From assembly GCA_038063635.1 (NCBI GenBank), contig JBBTUS010000006.1:13500-77499 (forward strand): a stretch of DNA of 64,000 nucleotides. The letters run 5' to 3'. This document shows, piece by piece, positions 19,180-30,073 of this stretch. The position numbers and the translations under genes are program-made. The notes below the pieces were generated by a model that did no database searches, had not been told where the DNA came from, and saw only the letters and a list, made by a program, of their open reading frames with translations. This DNA is from Patescibacteria group bacterium. Its GTDB lineage: Bacteria > Patescibacteriota > Minisyncoccia > Phycocordibacterales > UBA9973. Numbering within the stretch: the stretch's first letter is position 1; each line of letters begins with the position of its first letter.

Positions 19180-20231
19180 CGGCTAATAACTGCTAAAATT
19201 ATTCCTATAATAGCGAAAATAATCGAGAAAACCCAATAACGCATCGTAACTTTATAACTTGGCCAACCAATCGCTTCAAAATGATGATGAATCGGCGCCA
19301 ATTTAAATATTCTTTTGCCTCCTCTGAATTTTTTAGAAAGAATTTGTAAAATTACCGACAATGAAGTTATAACCAACGGCAATGCAACTATTGGAAGAAT
19401 TAAAACCGAATCGGTTAAAAAAGCTAAGGTCGCCAGTGTTATGGTAAGACCCATAATTCCAGTTTCTCCCATATAAAATCTAGCTGGCGGAATATTAAAC
19501 CAAAGAAATGCCAATATGGCTCCGGTAATCACTCCTGAAAACGTGGCTAAGTTTATTTGATTATTAGCGAAAGCAATTACAGAATATGAAGCAAAAATGG
19601 AGGCGAACACTCCGCCGGAAAGTCCATCAAGGCCATCAATCACTCCTCCGGAAAATACCGCCAGCGCGACTAAAATAAAAAATGGAATAATTAAAATTCC
19701 AAAATATATCTGCCCCATAAACGGCACATGGATTGAGGTTATGCCAAGTTTATAAAAAAACCAAAGACCAATAAGCAACGAAATGAAAGTTATTATAAAA
19801 ACTTTCCATCTTCTCCAAGATTTATCATCGTGAGCAATTTTTCCTTTTCCAAAGCATTGAATTAAATCATCCCAAAGTCCTATTAAAGAACCTAAAATGA
19901 GAGTAAAAAACGGTATTAGCGTTTGGTCACGGCTCAAAAAATTTATTTTTTCTGAAAAAGCTGAAGGAAAAATTATTGCAAACAATATTGCTAAAAATGT
20001 CGTAATGAAAACTGATGCCCAAATAATTATTCCCCCAACTCGCGGGGTTTTAAGTTCTTCCTTTTCATTGTGTATTTTTTTAAAATCTTCTACTGTCGTA
20101 TCTTCGTTTCTGGAATATTTTTTCCACATTTTATATTTATAAAAAAAATGCGTTGCAACCGGCGTAATAGCCAGCCCCACAAAAAACGCTAAAGCTGTTG
20201 GAATAAAAATTTTAACCAAATTAATAAACAT
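19176..20231 (-). CDS. mraY: phospho-N-acetylmuramoyl-pentapeptide transferase
   Basis: VIDGLDGLSGG and APIHHHFE are the MraY signature motifs. Confidence 0.9.
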   Translation of the reverse strand: MFINLVKIFIPTALAFFVGLAITPVATHFFYKYKMWKKYSRNEDTTVEDFKKIHNEKEELKTPRVGGIIIWASVFITTFLAILFAIIFPSAFSEKINFLSRDQTLIPFFTLILGSLIGLWDDLIQCFGKGKIAHDDKSWRRWKVFIITFISLLIGLWFFYKLGITSIHVPFMGQIYFGILIIPFFILVALAVFSGGVIDGLDGLSGGVFASIFASYSVIAFANNQINLATFSGVITGAILAFLWFNIPPARFYMGETGIMGLTITLATLAFLTDSVLILPIVALPLVITSLSVILQILSKKFRGGKRIFKLAPIHHHFEAIGWPSYKVTMRYWVFSIIFAIIGIILAVISR

Positions 20232-21146
20232 TTATTCAGTATAACTTAATTGTAATATATTTACGAGTTTTTCCATATCGGAAAATCTTCCATTAAAAGT
20301 AGACCCCAGCACTGTAATAGCTATATCATGCTTCATTTTATCCCTAAAAATAACGGTTAAATTACCACCAGCTAGTTCAGTGTATCCGGTTTTTGAAAAT
20401 AGCGCATTGGGTATTTTATCTAAAATAATATTGGTGTTTTTTATATTATGGATAAATCCTGATTTAGATTTTAAATTTATTTCCGGCAATATTGTAGCAC
20501 CAAAAATTATCGGGTGGGCTTTCAGCCCATAGATTGCCATAATATTAGCATCTTCCGCGGAGGCAAATGCTCCAGCCTTTTTTATATCAATATCCAGTCC
20601 GGTAGAATTTAAAAATACGGTATTTTTCATACCCAATTTTCCGGCTTTATTATTCATCTTTTTTAGATATTCATGATTATTTTCAACTAGAGCATAAATG
20701 CCATCATTGGCGGAGGAAATAAGTGTAAGTTTTACAAGGTCATAAATACTCCACTTTTCATTTACAAATATTCCAAAATCTCCAGCTTGGCTAATAGCAT
20801 CTTTTGAAATAAGAATTTCTCCATCTGGCTGATAGTTATTAAGAATGATAATTATAGCCATAGTCTTGGCCAACGAAGCTATAGGCATCGGAACATTGTC
20901 ATTCTGGCCGTAAATTTTTTCACCCAAAGTCATATCATAAATAGAATACGATTTTGCTAAAATTGGCGCATCGCTTAATAAGTTTTTAATTCTTGCTAAT
21001 CTAATTTGATGATTTTTAAAATCGTTATTCAATCTATTGTTTTCAATAGTAAAAAAAATACCCTCAAGAGTAATAAAAAATAAAATAAAAATCAAAAGAT
21101 AATTTTTACTATAAATTTGCGTCATTTGGAGATTCTTTTGTCTCAA
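20232..21146 (-). CDS. dacA: D-alanyl-D-alanine carboxypeptidase (serine-type, S11/PBP5-like)
   Basis: ASLAKTM (SxxK), SSANDG (SxN) and KTGYT (KTG) are present. Confidence 0.75.
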   Translation of the reverse strand: MRQKNLQMTQIYSKNYLLIFILFFITLEGIFFTIENNRLNNDFKNHQIRLARIKNLLSDAPILAKSYSIYDMTLGEKIYGQNDNVPMPIASLAKTMAIIIILNNYQPDGEILISKDAISQAGDFGIFVNEKWSIYDLVKLTLISSANDGIYALVENNHEYLKKMNNKAGKLGMKNTVFLNSTGLDIDIKKAGAFASAEDANIMAIYGLKAHPIIFGATILPEINLKSKSGFIHNIKNTNIILDKIPNALFSKTGYTELAGGNLTVIFRDKMKHDIAITVLGSTFNGRFSDMEKLVNILQLSYTE

Positions 21147-21693
21147 TAACAGAGGGGTCTTCTAAATTTTCCACTGCGTTTTTTATAGAATTATTTATTT
21201 CGCTATATTCGGGTAATTCTTCAATAGATTTCACTCCCATATAAGCCAATAAATCAAAGCTGGGTTTATAAACATAACGCCGGTTGTCACTCGGGTCAAT
21301 AATTTTATCTATTAGTCCTCTGATTGAAAGCGCTCGTAAAATAAAACTTGAATTTACTCCTCTAATGTAATCAATTTCATGCCTATTTACTTCATTTTTA
21401 TAAAGAATTATGGCTAACGTTTCCAAACTGGCCTTGGAAAGGCCTTTATTTATTTCTTCTTTCTGTAAATCTTTAATCAGCTCTGAAAATATTGGCGCGG
21501 TGCCAAGCATTATTTCATTGTCTTTTTCAATCAGTGCCACTCCCCTATTTTTTAAATTTTCTTTAAGTTTATTTATTCCATCATTTATTTCCGTCTGGCC
21601 AGTTTTTAAAATTTCCGAAAGTCTTTTTCGCGACATTGGTTCACTTTTGAAAAAAAGTATTGCTTCAATTTTTTGTTCTGTATTCATATTCAT
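21109..21693 (-). CDS. scpB: segregation and condensation protein B
   Basis: IEAILFFKSEPMSRKRLSEIL is the ScpB N-terminal winged helix. It lies adjacent to scpA. Confidence 0.8.
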   Translation of the reverse strand: MNMNTEQKIEAILFFKSEPMSRKRLSEILKTGQTEINDGINKLKENLKNRGVALIEKDNEIMLGTAPIFSELIKDLQKEEINKGLSKASLETLAIILYKNEVNRHEIDYIRGVNSSFILRALSIRGLIDKIIDPSDNRRYVYKPSFDLLAYMGVKSIEELPEYSEINNSIKNAVENLEDPSVIETKESPNDANL

Positions 21694-21722
21694 CTTAAAT
21701 TAAAAAGATTAAAAGATTTTAA

Positions 21723-21765
21723 GAGCCGTGGGTTCCCTGTCCTAGGACTCCGAGGGCGAAGGCTC
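21723..21765. repeat. GC-rich hairpin element, family 1 (copy A), intergenic between scpA and scpB
   Basis: gagccgtgggttccctgtcctaggactccgagggcgaaggctc. The terminal inverted repeat is gagcc/ggctc. It is near-identical to copies at 36931 and 59283. Confidence 0.75.
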
Positions 21766-21793
21766 AGAAATCTTTTAATTTTCTTAATTTATT

Positions 21794-22546
21794 TTACATT
21801 GTCTCGGCTTCTTGTTTTTTAATTATAATATCCGCAAAATTATTTTCTTGCACAGCATGGAGTATTCCCTGCCTGACAAGTTCTAGCATAGCAAGAAATC
21901 CAACAATTACAACAACTCTTTCTTCTTTGGTTTCTGCTTTGCCGGAAAAATCTTTAAAATTAAATTTGAGAGAATTCTCAATTCTTTTTGTCAATCTATC
22001 TATCATTTCTTCTATGCTTATCACTTTTTTCACTTCTACTTTGGGTAAAAATACTTTTTGAGGAATTTTATCTAACGCCCCGCGAGCAAAAGTCATCATA
22101 TTTCTGGCAGTAATTTGTTCATCTGGCAAAAATGCCAAAATCTCATTTTTTCTTTCAAGCGGCGCAAAAATTATATTTTTGCCGAAATTTATTTTTATAT
22201 TATTTGCAAGCCTGGAATAAAGTTCAAAAATTTTCAGTCTATCTTCTAAATCTTTAATATCGCTTTCTTCTTCCAAAGTTAGATTTAAATTCGGCAATAA
22301 TGATTTTGATTTAATAAGTATAAGCGTAGCCGCTACAACTATAAAGCTTGCAATTTCAGCGGCTTGCCAGCCGGCAAGCCTGTTTTTATCCAACTGTAAA
22401 TTGTTCACATACTTTAAATAATCCTCTGTTACCCGAGCAAGAGATATTTCATTAATAAAAAGCTTTCGCTCTTCAATTAAATTTAAAAGAACCACAAACG
22501 GCCCTTCAAAATTCACGGTTTTTATTGTATAAGCTTGGTTTTCCAC
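21794..22546 (-). CDS. scpA: segregation and condensation protein A (kleisin)
   Basis: FEGPFVVLLNLIEERKLFINEISLARVTEDYL matches the ScpA N-terminus. Confidence 0.8.
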   Translation of the reverse strand: MENQAYTIKTVNFEGPFVVLLNLIEERKLFINEISLARVTEDYLKYVNNLQLDKNRLAGWQAAEIASFIVVAATLILIKSKSLLPNLNLTLEEESDIKDLEDRLKIFELYSRLANNIKINFGKNIIFAPLERKNEILAFLPDEQITARNMMTFARGALDKIPQKVFLPKVEVKKVISIEEMIDRLTKRIENSLKFNFKDFSGKAETKEERVVVIVGFLAMLELVRQGILHAVQENNFADIIIKKQEAETM

Positions 22547-22582
22547 TCTCTTATTTTAGCATATTAAAAAGATATATAAAAC

Positions 22583-24001
22583 TTATGATTTATAATCTTC
22601 AATCAGTTTATATAAGAGTCTAACCGGAGTACCAAGAGCGCCTTGAGCTAAAAATTCGTCAGTCATTGCCGTCATCCTTGGAGCTATGTCTATATGAGCC
22701 CATTTATAACCTTTAATAAATTGCTGCAGAAAAATTGCGCCATAAGTTGCGCCACCGTAGCGAGAATCTTTATTATGAACGTTTGACCAATCACCTAAGT
22801 TTCCTTTTATTTCATTCTCATATTCTTCCCACATGGGCAGTCGCCACATATAATCTCCCGTTTTATCTCCGATTTTTTCCAACTTAACGCATAATTCATC
22901 ATCGTCTGTAAAAATTGCCGACATGCGTTCGCCCAGCGCCACTACCGCCGCGCCTGTAAGAGTCGCAACATCAATCACAACTTCCGGATTATATTTTTTA
23001 GAATAAGTAAGCGCGTCAGCCAGAATAACTCTTCCCTCTGCGTCTGTATTTAATATTTCAATTGTCTGGCCGGACATTGAACGGATGACATCCCCGGGAC
23101 GATAACTTTTTCCGGATGGCATATTTTCAACCGAAGGAATTAATACAACTACATTTTTTTTTAATTTCATTTTTGCCACAAGAGCAATCACGTGTATGCA
23201 AGCCGCTCCGCCGGACATATCCATATTCATGCCGGAAAGCGAAGATGATGGTTTTAAATTTAATCCTCCGGTATCAAAAGTTACACCCTTGCCGACAAGA
23301 ACTATCGGTTTCTCGTTTTTTTTGCTCCGTCCCGACTTAGGTCGGGATAGACCCCAATATTCCATAATAATAAATTTTGATTCTTCGTCTGACCCGCGAC
23401 CGACAGAAAGCACCGCTTCCATGTTTAGTTTTTCCATTTCTTTTTCACCCAATACTTTAACTTTTACCGGTAAACCCCTTACAGCTTCTTTTGCTTTTTG
23501 CGCAAGTATTTGAGGTGTCATATCTCCGCCTGGAGTATTTGATAATGAGCGAGCTTTATTTACTTCTTGGGTTATAGCGTGACCTTTCAAAATTGCTTTT
23601 TTTATCTCTATTTTATTTGCGCCTGAAATTATCACTTCTTTAATAGAATTAAAACCTTCTCCAGTTAGTGTTTTATATTCTATAAATTCATAATTGGCAA
23701 AATCAAGTTGTGAACCGATTATTTCTCCGAGTTCTTCATCAGATATTTTTATATTCTTGAATTTTAAATCGTTAAAATCAAAACCTATCTTTTCTGCTTT
23801 CACTCCTTTTGCTAAAATAATCATTTTACGTACAAGTAAAAAAAGCTTTCTGGAATTCATTTTTTCTGCTTCATCACATTTTAGATAAAGAGTTTTTACT
23901 CCTTTTTCTTTAATAATTTCATCTTTATTTTTAGAACTAACAGATATAAAAAGCGTTTCTTTTTTTGCTTCTTTTAAACTGTTTTTGAAGGTTATTTTCA
24001 T
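22583..24001 (-). CDS. pepA: leucyl aminopeptidase (M17)
   Basis: VGKGVTFDTGG and NTDAEGRVILADAL are the M17 signature motifs. Confidence 0.9.
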   Translation of the reverse strand: MKITFKNSLKEAKKETLFISVSSKNKDEIIKEKGVKTLYLKCDEAEKMNSRKLFLLVRKMIILAKGVKAEKIGFDFNDLKFKNIKISDEELGEIIGSQLDFANYEFIEYKTLTGEGFNSIKEVIISGANKIEIKKAILKGHAITQEVNKARSLSNTPGGDMTPQILAQKAKEAVRGLPVKVKVLGEKEMEKLNMEAVLSVGRGSDEESKFIIMEYWGLSRPKSGRSKKNEKPIVLVGKGVTFDTGGLNLKPSSSLSGMNMDMSGGAACIHVIALVAKMKLKKNVVVLIPSVENMPSGKSYRPGDVIRSMSGQTIEILNTDAEGRVILADALTYSKKYNPEVVIDVATLTGAAVVALGERMSAIFTDDDELCVKLEKIGDKTGDYMWRLPMWEEYENEIKGNLGDWSNVHNKDSRYGGATYGAIFLQQFIKGYKWAHIDIAPRMTAMTDEFLAQGALGTPVRLLYKLIEDYKS

Positions 24002-24011
24002 GCCTAATTTA

Positions 24012-25424
24012 TTAGATTAATTTTATGCCCAATTCTTTCAATTGTTTATCGGAAATTTCCGAAGGAGAACCCATCATTAAATCTTTTCCTTCACCTGTTT
24101 TTGGGAAAGCGATAACTTCACGAATATTCGGTTCATTTTCAAGTATCATCATCAACCTATCAAAACCCCAAGCGATTCCTCCGTGTGGCGGAGTACCGGA
24201 ACGAAATGCTTCAAGCATATAAAATAAATTTTTTTCTGTTTCTTCTTTTTTAACTCCCATAATGTCATAAACAGCCAAGAGCGCTTCCGGTTCATGGTTT
24301 CTAATTGAACCGCCGCCAATTTCAAAACCATTTAAGGTTATATCATATTGATTCGTAAGAATATTCGGAATATTTCTTTTATTTAATAAATCGTCATGAA
24401 ATTTCGCCTGAGCCGCTGAAAATGGATTATGCGTAAAAGTCCATTCGCCTTCTGCTTGCGGATTATTGTCTTTGTTTGCTTTTTCAAAAAATGGAAAATC
24501 AATAACCCAGCAAAATGCCAAAAGATTTTTATTATTTTTATCTTTTCTTAAATCCGGCCTGTCGTTTCCATATTTTTCCATCGCTTCTTTATGCGAAATT
24601 TTTGGAAATGGAATTTCTTGTATTTCTTTTTCCGGATACAATTTTTGAACAATTTCTATCAATAAATTCTCGTTTAAATTCATCACTTCTTCCTTCTCTA
24701 CAAAACTCATCTCCATATCAAGCTGAGTAAATTCCGGCTGGCGATCTCCTCGCAAGTCTTCATCGCGCATACATTTTGCCATCTGAAAGTATTTTTCCAT
24801 GCCAGATGCCATTAAAAGTTGTTTATGTTGTTGAGGCGCTTGAGGTAATGCAAAAAATTTACCTTTATCAAGTCTGGAAGGAACAATAAAATCTCTAGCT
24901 CCTTCAGCTGTTGATTTTGAAAGTATTGGAGTTTCTATTTCAATGAAATTTTCCTTATCTAAATAATCACGAATAAATTTTACGACTTTATGCCTGTTGC
25001 GAATATTTTTCTGCATACGGCCTCTGCGCAAGTCAAGATATCTATATTTCATTCTGTGTTCTTCTCCTATTTCATATCCATCAGTTGATAAATCAATAGC
25101 TGAAGTTTCCGCTTTGTTAAGAATTTCAATATTTACAGCTTCAAGTTCAACATCGCCATTTAACACATCATCTTTTATATTTTTATCAGGACGCTTGTTT
25201 ACAATACCGGTAATTTTTAAAACCCATTCTGGACGAATCTCTTTCGCCATTTCTATGGCTTCAATGCGGCTTGGCAATGCTATGCATTGCGCCTTCCCTG
25301 TCATGTCGCGTATATCAAAAAAAACCATTTTGCCTTGATCGCGACGCACATCCACCCACCCCGCAATTACAATTTCTTTTCCAATATTATTTTTTAAATC
25401 TTTAATATAAATTCTATTTTTCAT
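24012..25424 (-). CDS. aspS: aspartyl-tRNA synthetase (bacterial-type catalytic core, lacks the GAD insertion domain)
   Basis: It has an N-terminal OB fold. LPQAPQQHKQLLM resembles the QSPQ motif. CMRDEDLRGDRQPEFTQLD, GGGSIRNH and GTPPHGG..GFDRL are class II AspRS motifs. Confidence 0.75.
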   Translation of the reverse strand: MKNRIYIKDLKNNIGKEIVIAGWVDVRRDQGKMVFFDIRDMTGKAQCIALPSRIEAIEMAKEIRPEWVLKITGIVNKRPDKNIKDDVLNGDVELEAVNIEILNKAETSAIDLSTDGYEIGEEHRMKYRYLDLRRGRMQKNIRNRHKVVKFIRDYLDKENFIEIETPILSKSTAEGARDFIVPSRLDKGKFFALPQAPQQHKQLLMASGMEKYFQMAKCMRDEDLRGDRQPEFTQLDMEMSFVEKEEVMNLNENLLIEIVQKLYPEKEIQEIPFPKISHKEAMEKYGNDRPDLRKDKNNKNLLAFCWVIDFPFFEKANKDNNPQAEGEWTFTHNPFSAAQAKFHDDLLNKRNIPNILTNQYDITLNGFEIGGGSIRNHEPEALLAVYDIMGVKKEETEKNLFYMLEAFRSGTPPHGGIAWGFDRLMMILENEPNIREVIAFPKTGEGKDLMMGSPSEISDKQLKELGIKLI

Positions 25425-25456
25425 GTTAAAAAGTATATCATAAAATAAGCAATAAA

Positions 25457-26464
25457 TTAAAAATAGTCAATCTTTACGGCTTTTCTTACCTCCTTTATCG
25501 TTTTATTTGCCACTATCCGCGCTTTTTCAGTTCCCTCTTTTAAAATTTCCATGACTGCTTCAGGATTTTTTGCAAGCTCTTCCCTTTTTGCGCGAATAGG
25601 CGCAATCATCTTTTCCAGAACTTCAATCAAGCGCTTTTTAATTACAACATCACCCAGCCCGCCTTTTCTGTATTGCTCTTTCAACTTTTTAATTTCTTCT
25701 TTGTCTTCATCAAAAATATCCAAATATATAAAAACAACATTACCCTCTGTTTGCCCCTTGTCATTCACGTGAATATGGTTCGGGTCAGTATACATGTCCA
25801 TAACTTTTTTAGAAATTTCTTCATAACTGTCAGAAAGGTAAATACAATTATTTAATGACTTGCTCATCTTTAAACCTCCGTCTATGCCAACCAGTCTTGG
25901 CGTATCACCTATTAAATGTTTAACTTTTTTAAAAGTTTCCCCATAAAAACGATTAAAGTCATCTACAATTTCATTGGTTTGTTCAATCATTGGCTTTTGG
26001 TCTTCGCCAACTGGAACTATGTTGCCATGACAAAATAAAATATCTGCGGCTTGCGAAACAGGATGCATTAAAAACCCGGCCGGCACATCTTCGCCATAAC
26101 CTTTATCTTTCATTTCATCTTTTACCGTGGGATTTCTTTTGAGTCGCGCTAGTGTTACTAAATTTAAAAAAAGTATTGTGAGTTCAGCAATCTCTGGAAT
26201 TTCGGATTGAATAAACATTACGGTTTTATTGGGGTCAAGTCCGCAAGCTAAATTATCTAACGCAACTTCTAAAACATTTTCTCTGACCTTGGCTGGATTA
26301 TCCGCATTGGAAGTCAAGGCCTGGATATCAGCCACCATATAAAAGCATTGATTGCCTTCATTTTGAAGTTTAACCCTGTTTTGTATAGACCCGACAAAAT
26401 GACCCAAATGGAGTTTTCCTGTCGGGCGATCACCGGTTAGCGCTATTTTTTCATCTTTTGCCAT
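25457..26464 (-). CDS. trpS: tryptophanyl-tRNA synthetase
   Basis: TGDRPTGKLHLGHFVGS is the HIGH-like region and KMSKS is present. The 335-aa size fits TrpS rather than TyrS. Confidence 0.8.
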   Translation of the reverse strand: MAKDEKIALTGDRPTGKLHLGHFVGSIQNRVKLQNEGNQCFYMVADIQALTSNADNPAKVRENVLEVALDNLACGLDPNKTVMFIQSEIPEIAELTILFLNLVTLARLKRNPTVKDEMKDKGYGEDVPAGFLMHPVSQAADILFCHGNIVPVGEDQKPMIEQTNEIVDDFNRFYGETFKKVKHLIGDTPRLVGIDGGLKMSKSLNNCIYLSDSYEEISKKVMDMYTDPNHIHVNDKGQTEGNVVFIYLDIFDEDKEEIKKLKEQYRKGGLGDVVIKKRLIEVLEKMIAPIRAKREELAKNPEAVMEILKEGTEKARIVANKTIKEVRKAVKIDYF

Positions 26465-26554
26465 GAGTTTATAATATCATAATTTTCCCCATTTTAATAA
26501 CAGATTGCGCACTTTTTGACTTTGACTATTTTTCTATCGTGCTAAAATGCGCTT

Positions 26555-27943
26555 ATGGTAAAAACAAAAAGAGACAATATTCGCATACCGCCTCAAAGCA
26601 TTGACTCAGAAAAAGCGGTATTAGGTTCTATTATGCTGCGCAAAGAAGCAATGGATGAAATAGAAGATTTAATTAATCCAGATTCTTTTTATGTAGAAAA
26701 ACATAAAATAATTTTTAGAGCAATGCTTGATCTTTCCATAAAAAATGAACCGATTGACATGCTATCGCTTTCTATAAAGTTAGGTGAACAAAAACTGCTT
26801 GATGCTATTGGTAACAATCAATACTTGGCGGAAATAGTAAATGTCGTTCCTTCATCTGTCAATGTAAAACATTACGCAGAGATTGTGCAAAAAAAATACA
26901 TCTTAAGAAGTTTAATTGAAGCGGCAGATTATGTGTCTGAACTTGCCTTTGAAGAAAATGACGACCATATGGATGAAATTTTAGACATGGCAGAGAAAAA
27001 AATATTCGGAGTTGTTTCTTCTCCTAAGAATCAAAAGTTCACGAGCATCAAAGATGCATTGCCGGAAGCATGGGAGCGATTAGAAAAACTTCATGAACAT
27101 AAAGATGCCTTGAGAGGCCTGCCTACCGGATTTAAAGATTTAGACAATCTGCTTTCTGGTTTTCAAAAATCCGACTTAATAATCTTGGCGGCGAGACCTT
27201 CTATGGGTAAAACTACATTGGCGCTTGATATTGCCCGCATGGCTGCAATTTTACATAATAAATCAGTTGGAATATTTTCTCTGGAAATGTCTTCTCAGCA
27301 ATTAGTCGACAGAATGCTATCCGCTGAATCCAGAGTGAACGCTTGGAATTTAAGAACTGGACGTATTTCAACTGATAAAGAATTTTTACAACTTAGAGAT
27401 TCACTTGATAAATTATCAAAAGCAAAAATATATATTGATGACTATCCTGGAAACTCAATAATCAGGATGAAGGCCGTATCTCGCCGACTTAAAGCAGAAA
27501 AAGGTCTTGACCTTATTGTTGTGGATTACTTGCAACTTATGACAACTTCTAAAAATTACGACTCAATGGTCAATCAAGTCACGGAAATTTCAAGGTCGTT
27601 AAAAAGCTTGGCCAAGGAACTTAATTTACCAGTGCTGGCGCTTTCACAGCTTTCCCGCGCAGTTGAATCTCGTGGTGGAAAACCAAGACTTTCAGACCTT
27701 CGTGACTCCGGATCTATTGAGCAAGACGCTGATGTGGTTATGTTTATACACCGTGAAGATAAAGGCAAAGATGAATCAGAAAGAACAAATATCGCTGAGA
27801 TATTAGTTGAAAAACACAGAAATGGACCAACGGGAAAAATTGAACTTTACTTTGATGAAAAAACCACAACCTTTTTAACTCTGGAAAAAAGTATCAGTGA
27901 GTTTTCAACAAAAAAAATTAGTAGTGCGCTTGATGAGTTTTAA
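26555..27943 (+). CDS. dnaB: replicative DNA helicase DnaB
   Basis: The N-terminal domain has PPQSIDSEKAVLGSIM. GKTTLALD is the Walker A and IVVDYLQLM is the RecA-like core. Confidence 0.9.
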   Translation: MVKTKRDNIRIPPQSIDSEKAVLGSIMLRKEAMDEIEDLINPDSFYVEKHKIIFRAMLDLSIKNEPIDMLSLSIKLGEQKLLDAIGNNQYLAEIVNVVPSSVNVKHYAEIVQKKYILRSLIEAADYVSELAFEENDDHMDEILDMAEKKIFGVVSSPKNQKFTSIKDALPEAWERLEKLHEHKDALRGLPTGFKDLDNLLSGFQKSDLIILAARPSMGKTTLALDIARMAAILHNKSVGIFSLEMSSQQLVDRMLSAESRVNAWNLRTGRISTDKEFLQLRDSLDKLSKAKIYIDDYPGNSIIRMKAVSRRLKAEKGLDLIVVDYLQLMTTSKNYDSMVNQVTEISRSLKSLAKELNLPVLALSQLSRAVESRGGKPRLSDLRDSGSIEQDADVVMFIHREDKGKDESERTNIAEILVEKHRNGPTGKIELYFDEKTTTFLTLEKSISEFSTKKISSALDEF

Positions 27944-27956
27944 GTGAAAATCAATC

Positions 27957-28622
27957 ATGGATATAATAGAAAAATTAACTGAGATATTTAAAGAATTTCC
28001 GGGCATTGGCGAGCGACAAGCAAAACGCTTTGTATATTTTTTAATGTCTAAAAATCCCGCTTATGCGAAAAATCTATCTCTTTTGGTTTCGGATTTAAAA
28101 AAAGAAATAGCTCAATGTAAAGAATGTTTCAGATTTTTTATCTTGCCTGCTTCGCCGAGTCAAGGCGAGAATTCTAAAAAAGAAAAATTGTGCGACATTT
28201 GCGCTAACCTAAATACAGATTCTTCAATGCTAATGATTGTAGAGAAAGATTCTGATTTAGAAAGTGTCAGAAAAAGCAAAGTTTATTATGGAAAATATTT
28301 TATTTTAGGAGGACTTGTGCCTATTGTTGAAAAAAATACTAAAAATAAAATACGCATAAAAGAACTTATTGAAAGGATATCCGCCAAAGGCGGATCCGCC
28401 TCTGGCGGAAAAAACAACGGTAGTCTTAAAGAAATAATCTTGGGATTTTCTTTAAGTCCGCAAGGCGACCATACGGATTTTTATATTAAAAATGAAATAA
28501 AAGATTTAGCAGAATCTTTAAATATAAAAATTTCATCTTTAGGCCGTGGATTATCTACCGGAACCGAACTTGAATATTCTGACAACGACACCATAAAAAA
28601 TGCTCTAAAAAATAGGCAATAA
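27957..28622 (+). CDS. recR: recombination protein RecR
   Basis: FPGIGERQAKRFVYFL is the HhH. The C4 zinc finger CKEC...CDIC is present, and the size fits a Toprim region. Confidence 0.8.
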   Translation: MDIIEKLTEIFKEFPGIGERQAKRFVYFLMSKNPAYAKNLSLLVSDLKKEIAQCKECFRFFILPASPSQGENSKKEKLCDICANLNTDSSMLMIVEKDSDLESVRKSKVYYGKYFILGGLVPIVEKNTKNKIRIKELIERISAKGGSASGGKNNGSLKEIILGFSLSPQGDHTDFYIKNEIKDLAESLNIKISSLGRGLSTGTELEYSDNDTIKNALKNRQ

Positions 28623-28655
28623 TTCTTCCCCTTGGTAGTCCTACTGCCAAGTTTC

Positions 28656-28973
28656 TTATTTTATAGAAGTAATTTTTACTTTGATATATGGCTGACGATG
28701 ACCATTTCGGCGAAGATAACGAGATTTTTGTTTATATTTCATAACGAGAATTTTACGAGCTCGGCCAATTTCCACAACTTCAGAATCAACTTTAGCGCCA
28801 GTAATAAAAGGCGTGCCAATCGTGGTATTTTTGCCATCATCAACCAAAAGAACTTTATCAAAAGAAATTTTATCCCCTTTTTTAAATTCCCCTTTGATTT
28901 TTTCAACAGAAATAAAAGTCCCTAAAGAGACCTTATATTGCTTTCCGCCTGTTTTTATGACTGCAAATTCCAT
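28656..28973 (-). CDS. rplU: 50S ribosomal protein L21
   Basis: MEFAVIKTGGKQYKVSLGTFISVEKI matches the L21 N-terminus. The start was taken at the internal Met of the track ORF 28656..29009. Confidence 0.85.
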   Translation of the reverse strand: MEFAVIKTGGKQYKVSLGTFISVEKIKGEFKKGDKISFDKVLLVDDGKNTTIGTPFITGAKVDSEVVEIGRARKILVMKYKQKSRYLRRNGHRQPYIKVKITSIK

Positions 28974-29065
28974 AAAATCCATATTATCTGAAATTATCTG
29001 AAAACGCAAGTCCTTATAATATATTTTATTTACGGCTTGTCTAAATTTTGTTATACTAAGTCAGT

Positions 29066-30073
29066 ATGCAAACAAAAACATTTGAGAGGTATTTTTTGTT
29101 AAGTCTTTTATTTATAACGTTTATTTTTACTTTTTTCATTTTTCGCCCTTTTTGGATAGTACTCATTTTGGGAGCTTGTTTTGCCGTAGTGCTGCAACCC
29201 ATACATAAGTGGCTAAATAAAATTAAAATACCTAATTCTATTTCGGCATTTATTACTGTTATTTTATTTTTCATCGTTCTTTGTGTTCCAGTATTTAGCA
29301 TAAGTTCTATAATCTTTAATCAATCTCAAAATGTTTATCAAGGAATTGTGGCCAATGGAAACGTAGGGTCATTTTTAGGTTCAATTGGAGATAAAATAAA
29401 TTTAGCCTTGCCCCAAGGAGTAGTTTTTAATACAAATGAAATAGCTTCAAACTTTGTTTCTTTTATAACAAACAATATTACAAAAATATTCAATACTTCT
29501 CTTTCTGCTTTAATTTCATTAATCCTGCTTTTTTTAGCTACATTTTATTTTTTAAAAGACGGTCAGGAGTGGAAAAAGAAAATTATTTTATTAAGTCCTC
29601 TTTCAGACGATAATGATGAAAAAATAATCAATAAACTTTCAAAAACCATAAATGGAGTGATGGTAGGATATATGTTGATTGCTTTAATTCAGGGAATGTT
29701 GATGTGGATTGGATTGTCATTGTTTGGCGTGCCAAACCCAGCTTTTTGGGGATTGGTGGCAGCCATAGCCGCTCTTATCCCGCCATTTGGCACTAGCCTT
29801 GTTTCTGTTCCAGCAATAATTTTTCTCTTTGCAACAGGACATACGTTGCCTGCCATTGGTCTTCTAGTCTGGGCTATAGTTATGGTTGGAATGATAGATA
29901 ATTTTTTAAATCCGTTTATTATCGGTAAAAAAATAGAAATATCTCCATTTTTAATACTTTTTTCTGTGTTGGGTGGCATTGCCCTCTTGGGGCCTGTGGG
30001 AATTTTAATCGGTCCGCTGGCTGTAACCATGCTTAATACTCTCTTTTTAATTTATAGAAATGAATCAATCTAA
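29066..30073 (+). CDS. AI-2E family transporter (UPF0118 / PerM-like)
   Basis: The topology is about 8 TM. The typical central motif is FYFLKDG...LIALIQGML. Confidence 0.55.
   Translation: MQTKTFERYFLLSLLFITFIFTFFIFRPFWIVLILGACFAVVLQPIHKWLNKIKIPNSISAFITVILFFIVLCVPVFSISSIIFNQSQNVYQGIVANGNVGSFLGSIGDKINLALPQGVVFNTNEIASNFVSFITNNITKIFNTSLSALISLILLFLATFYFLKDGQEWKKKIILLSPLSDDNDEKIINKLSKTINGVMVGYMLIALIQGMLMWIGLSLFGVPNPAFWGLVAAIAALIPPFGTSLVSVPAIIFLFATGHTLPAIGLLVWAIVMVGMIDNFLNPFIIGKKIEISPFLILFSVLGGIALLGPVGILIGPLAVTMLNTLFLIYRNESI

Noticed and set aside
28632-29001. Plus-strand ORFs 28632..28925 and 28813..29001 overlapping rplU.
   Set aside because: They are antisense to a canonical ribosomal protein L21 gene. 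They were rejected as chance ORFs.
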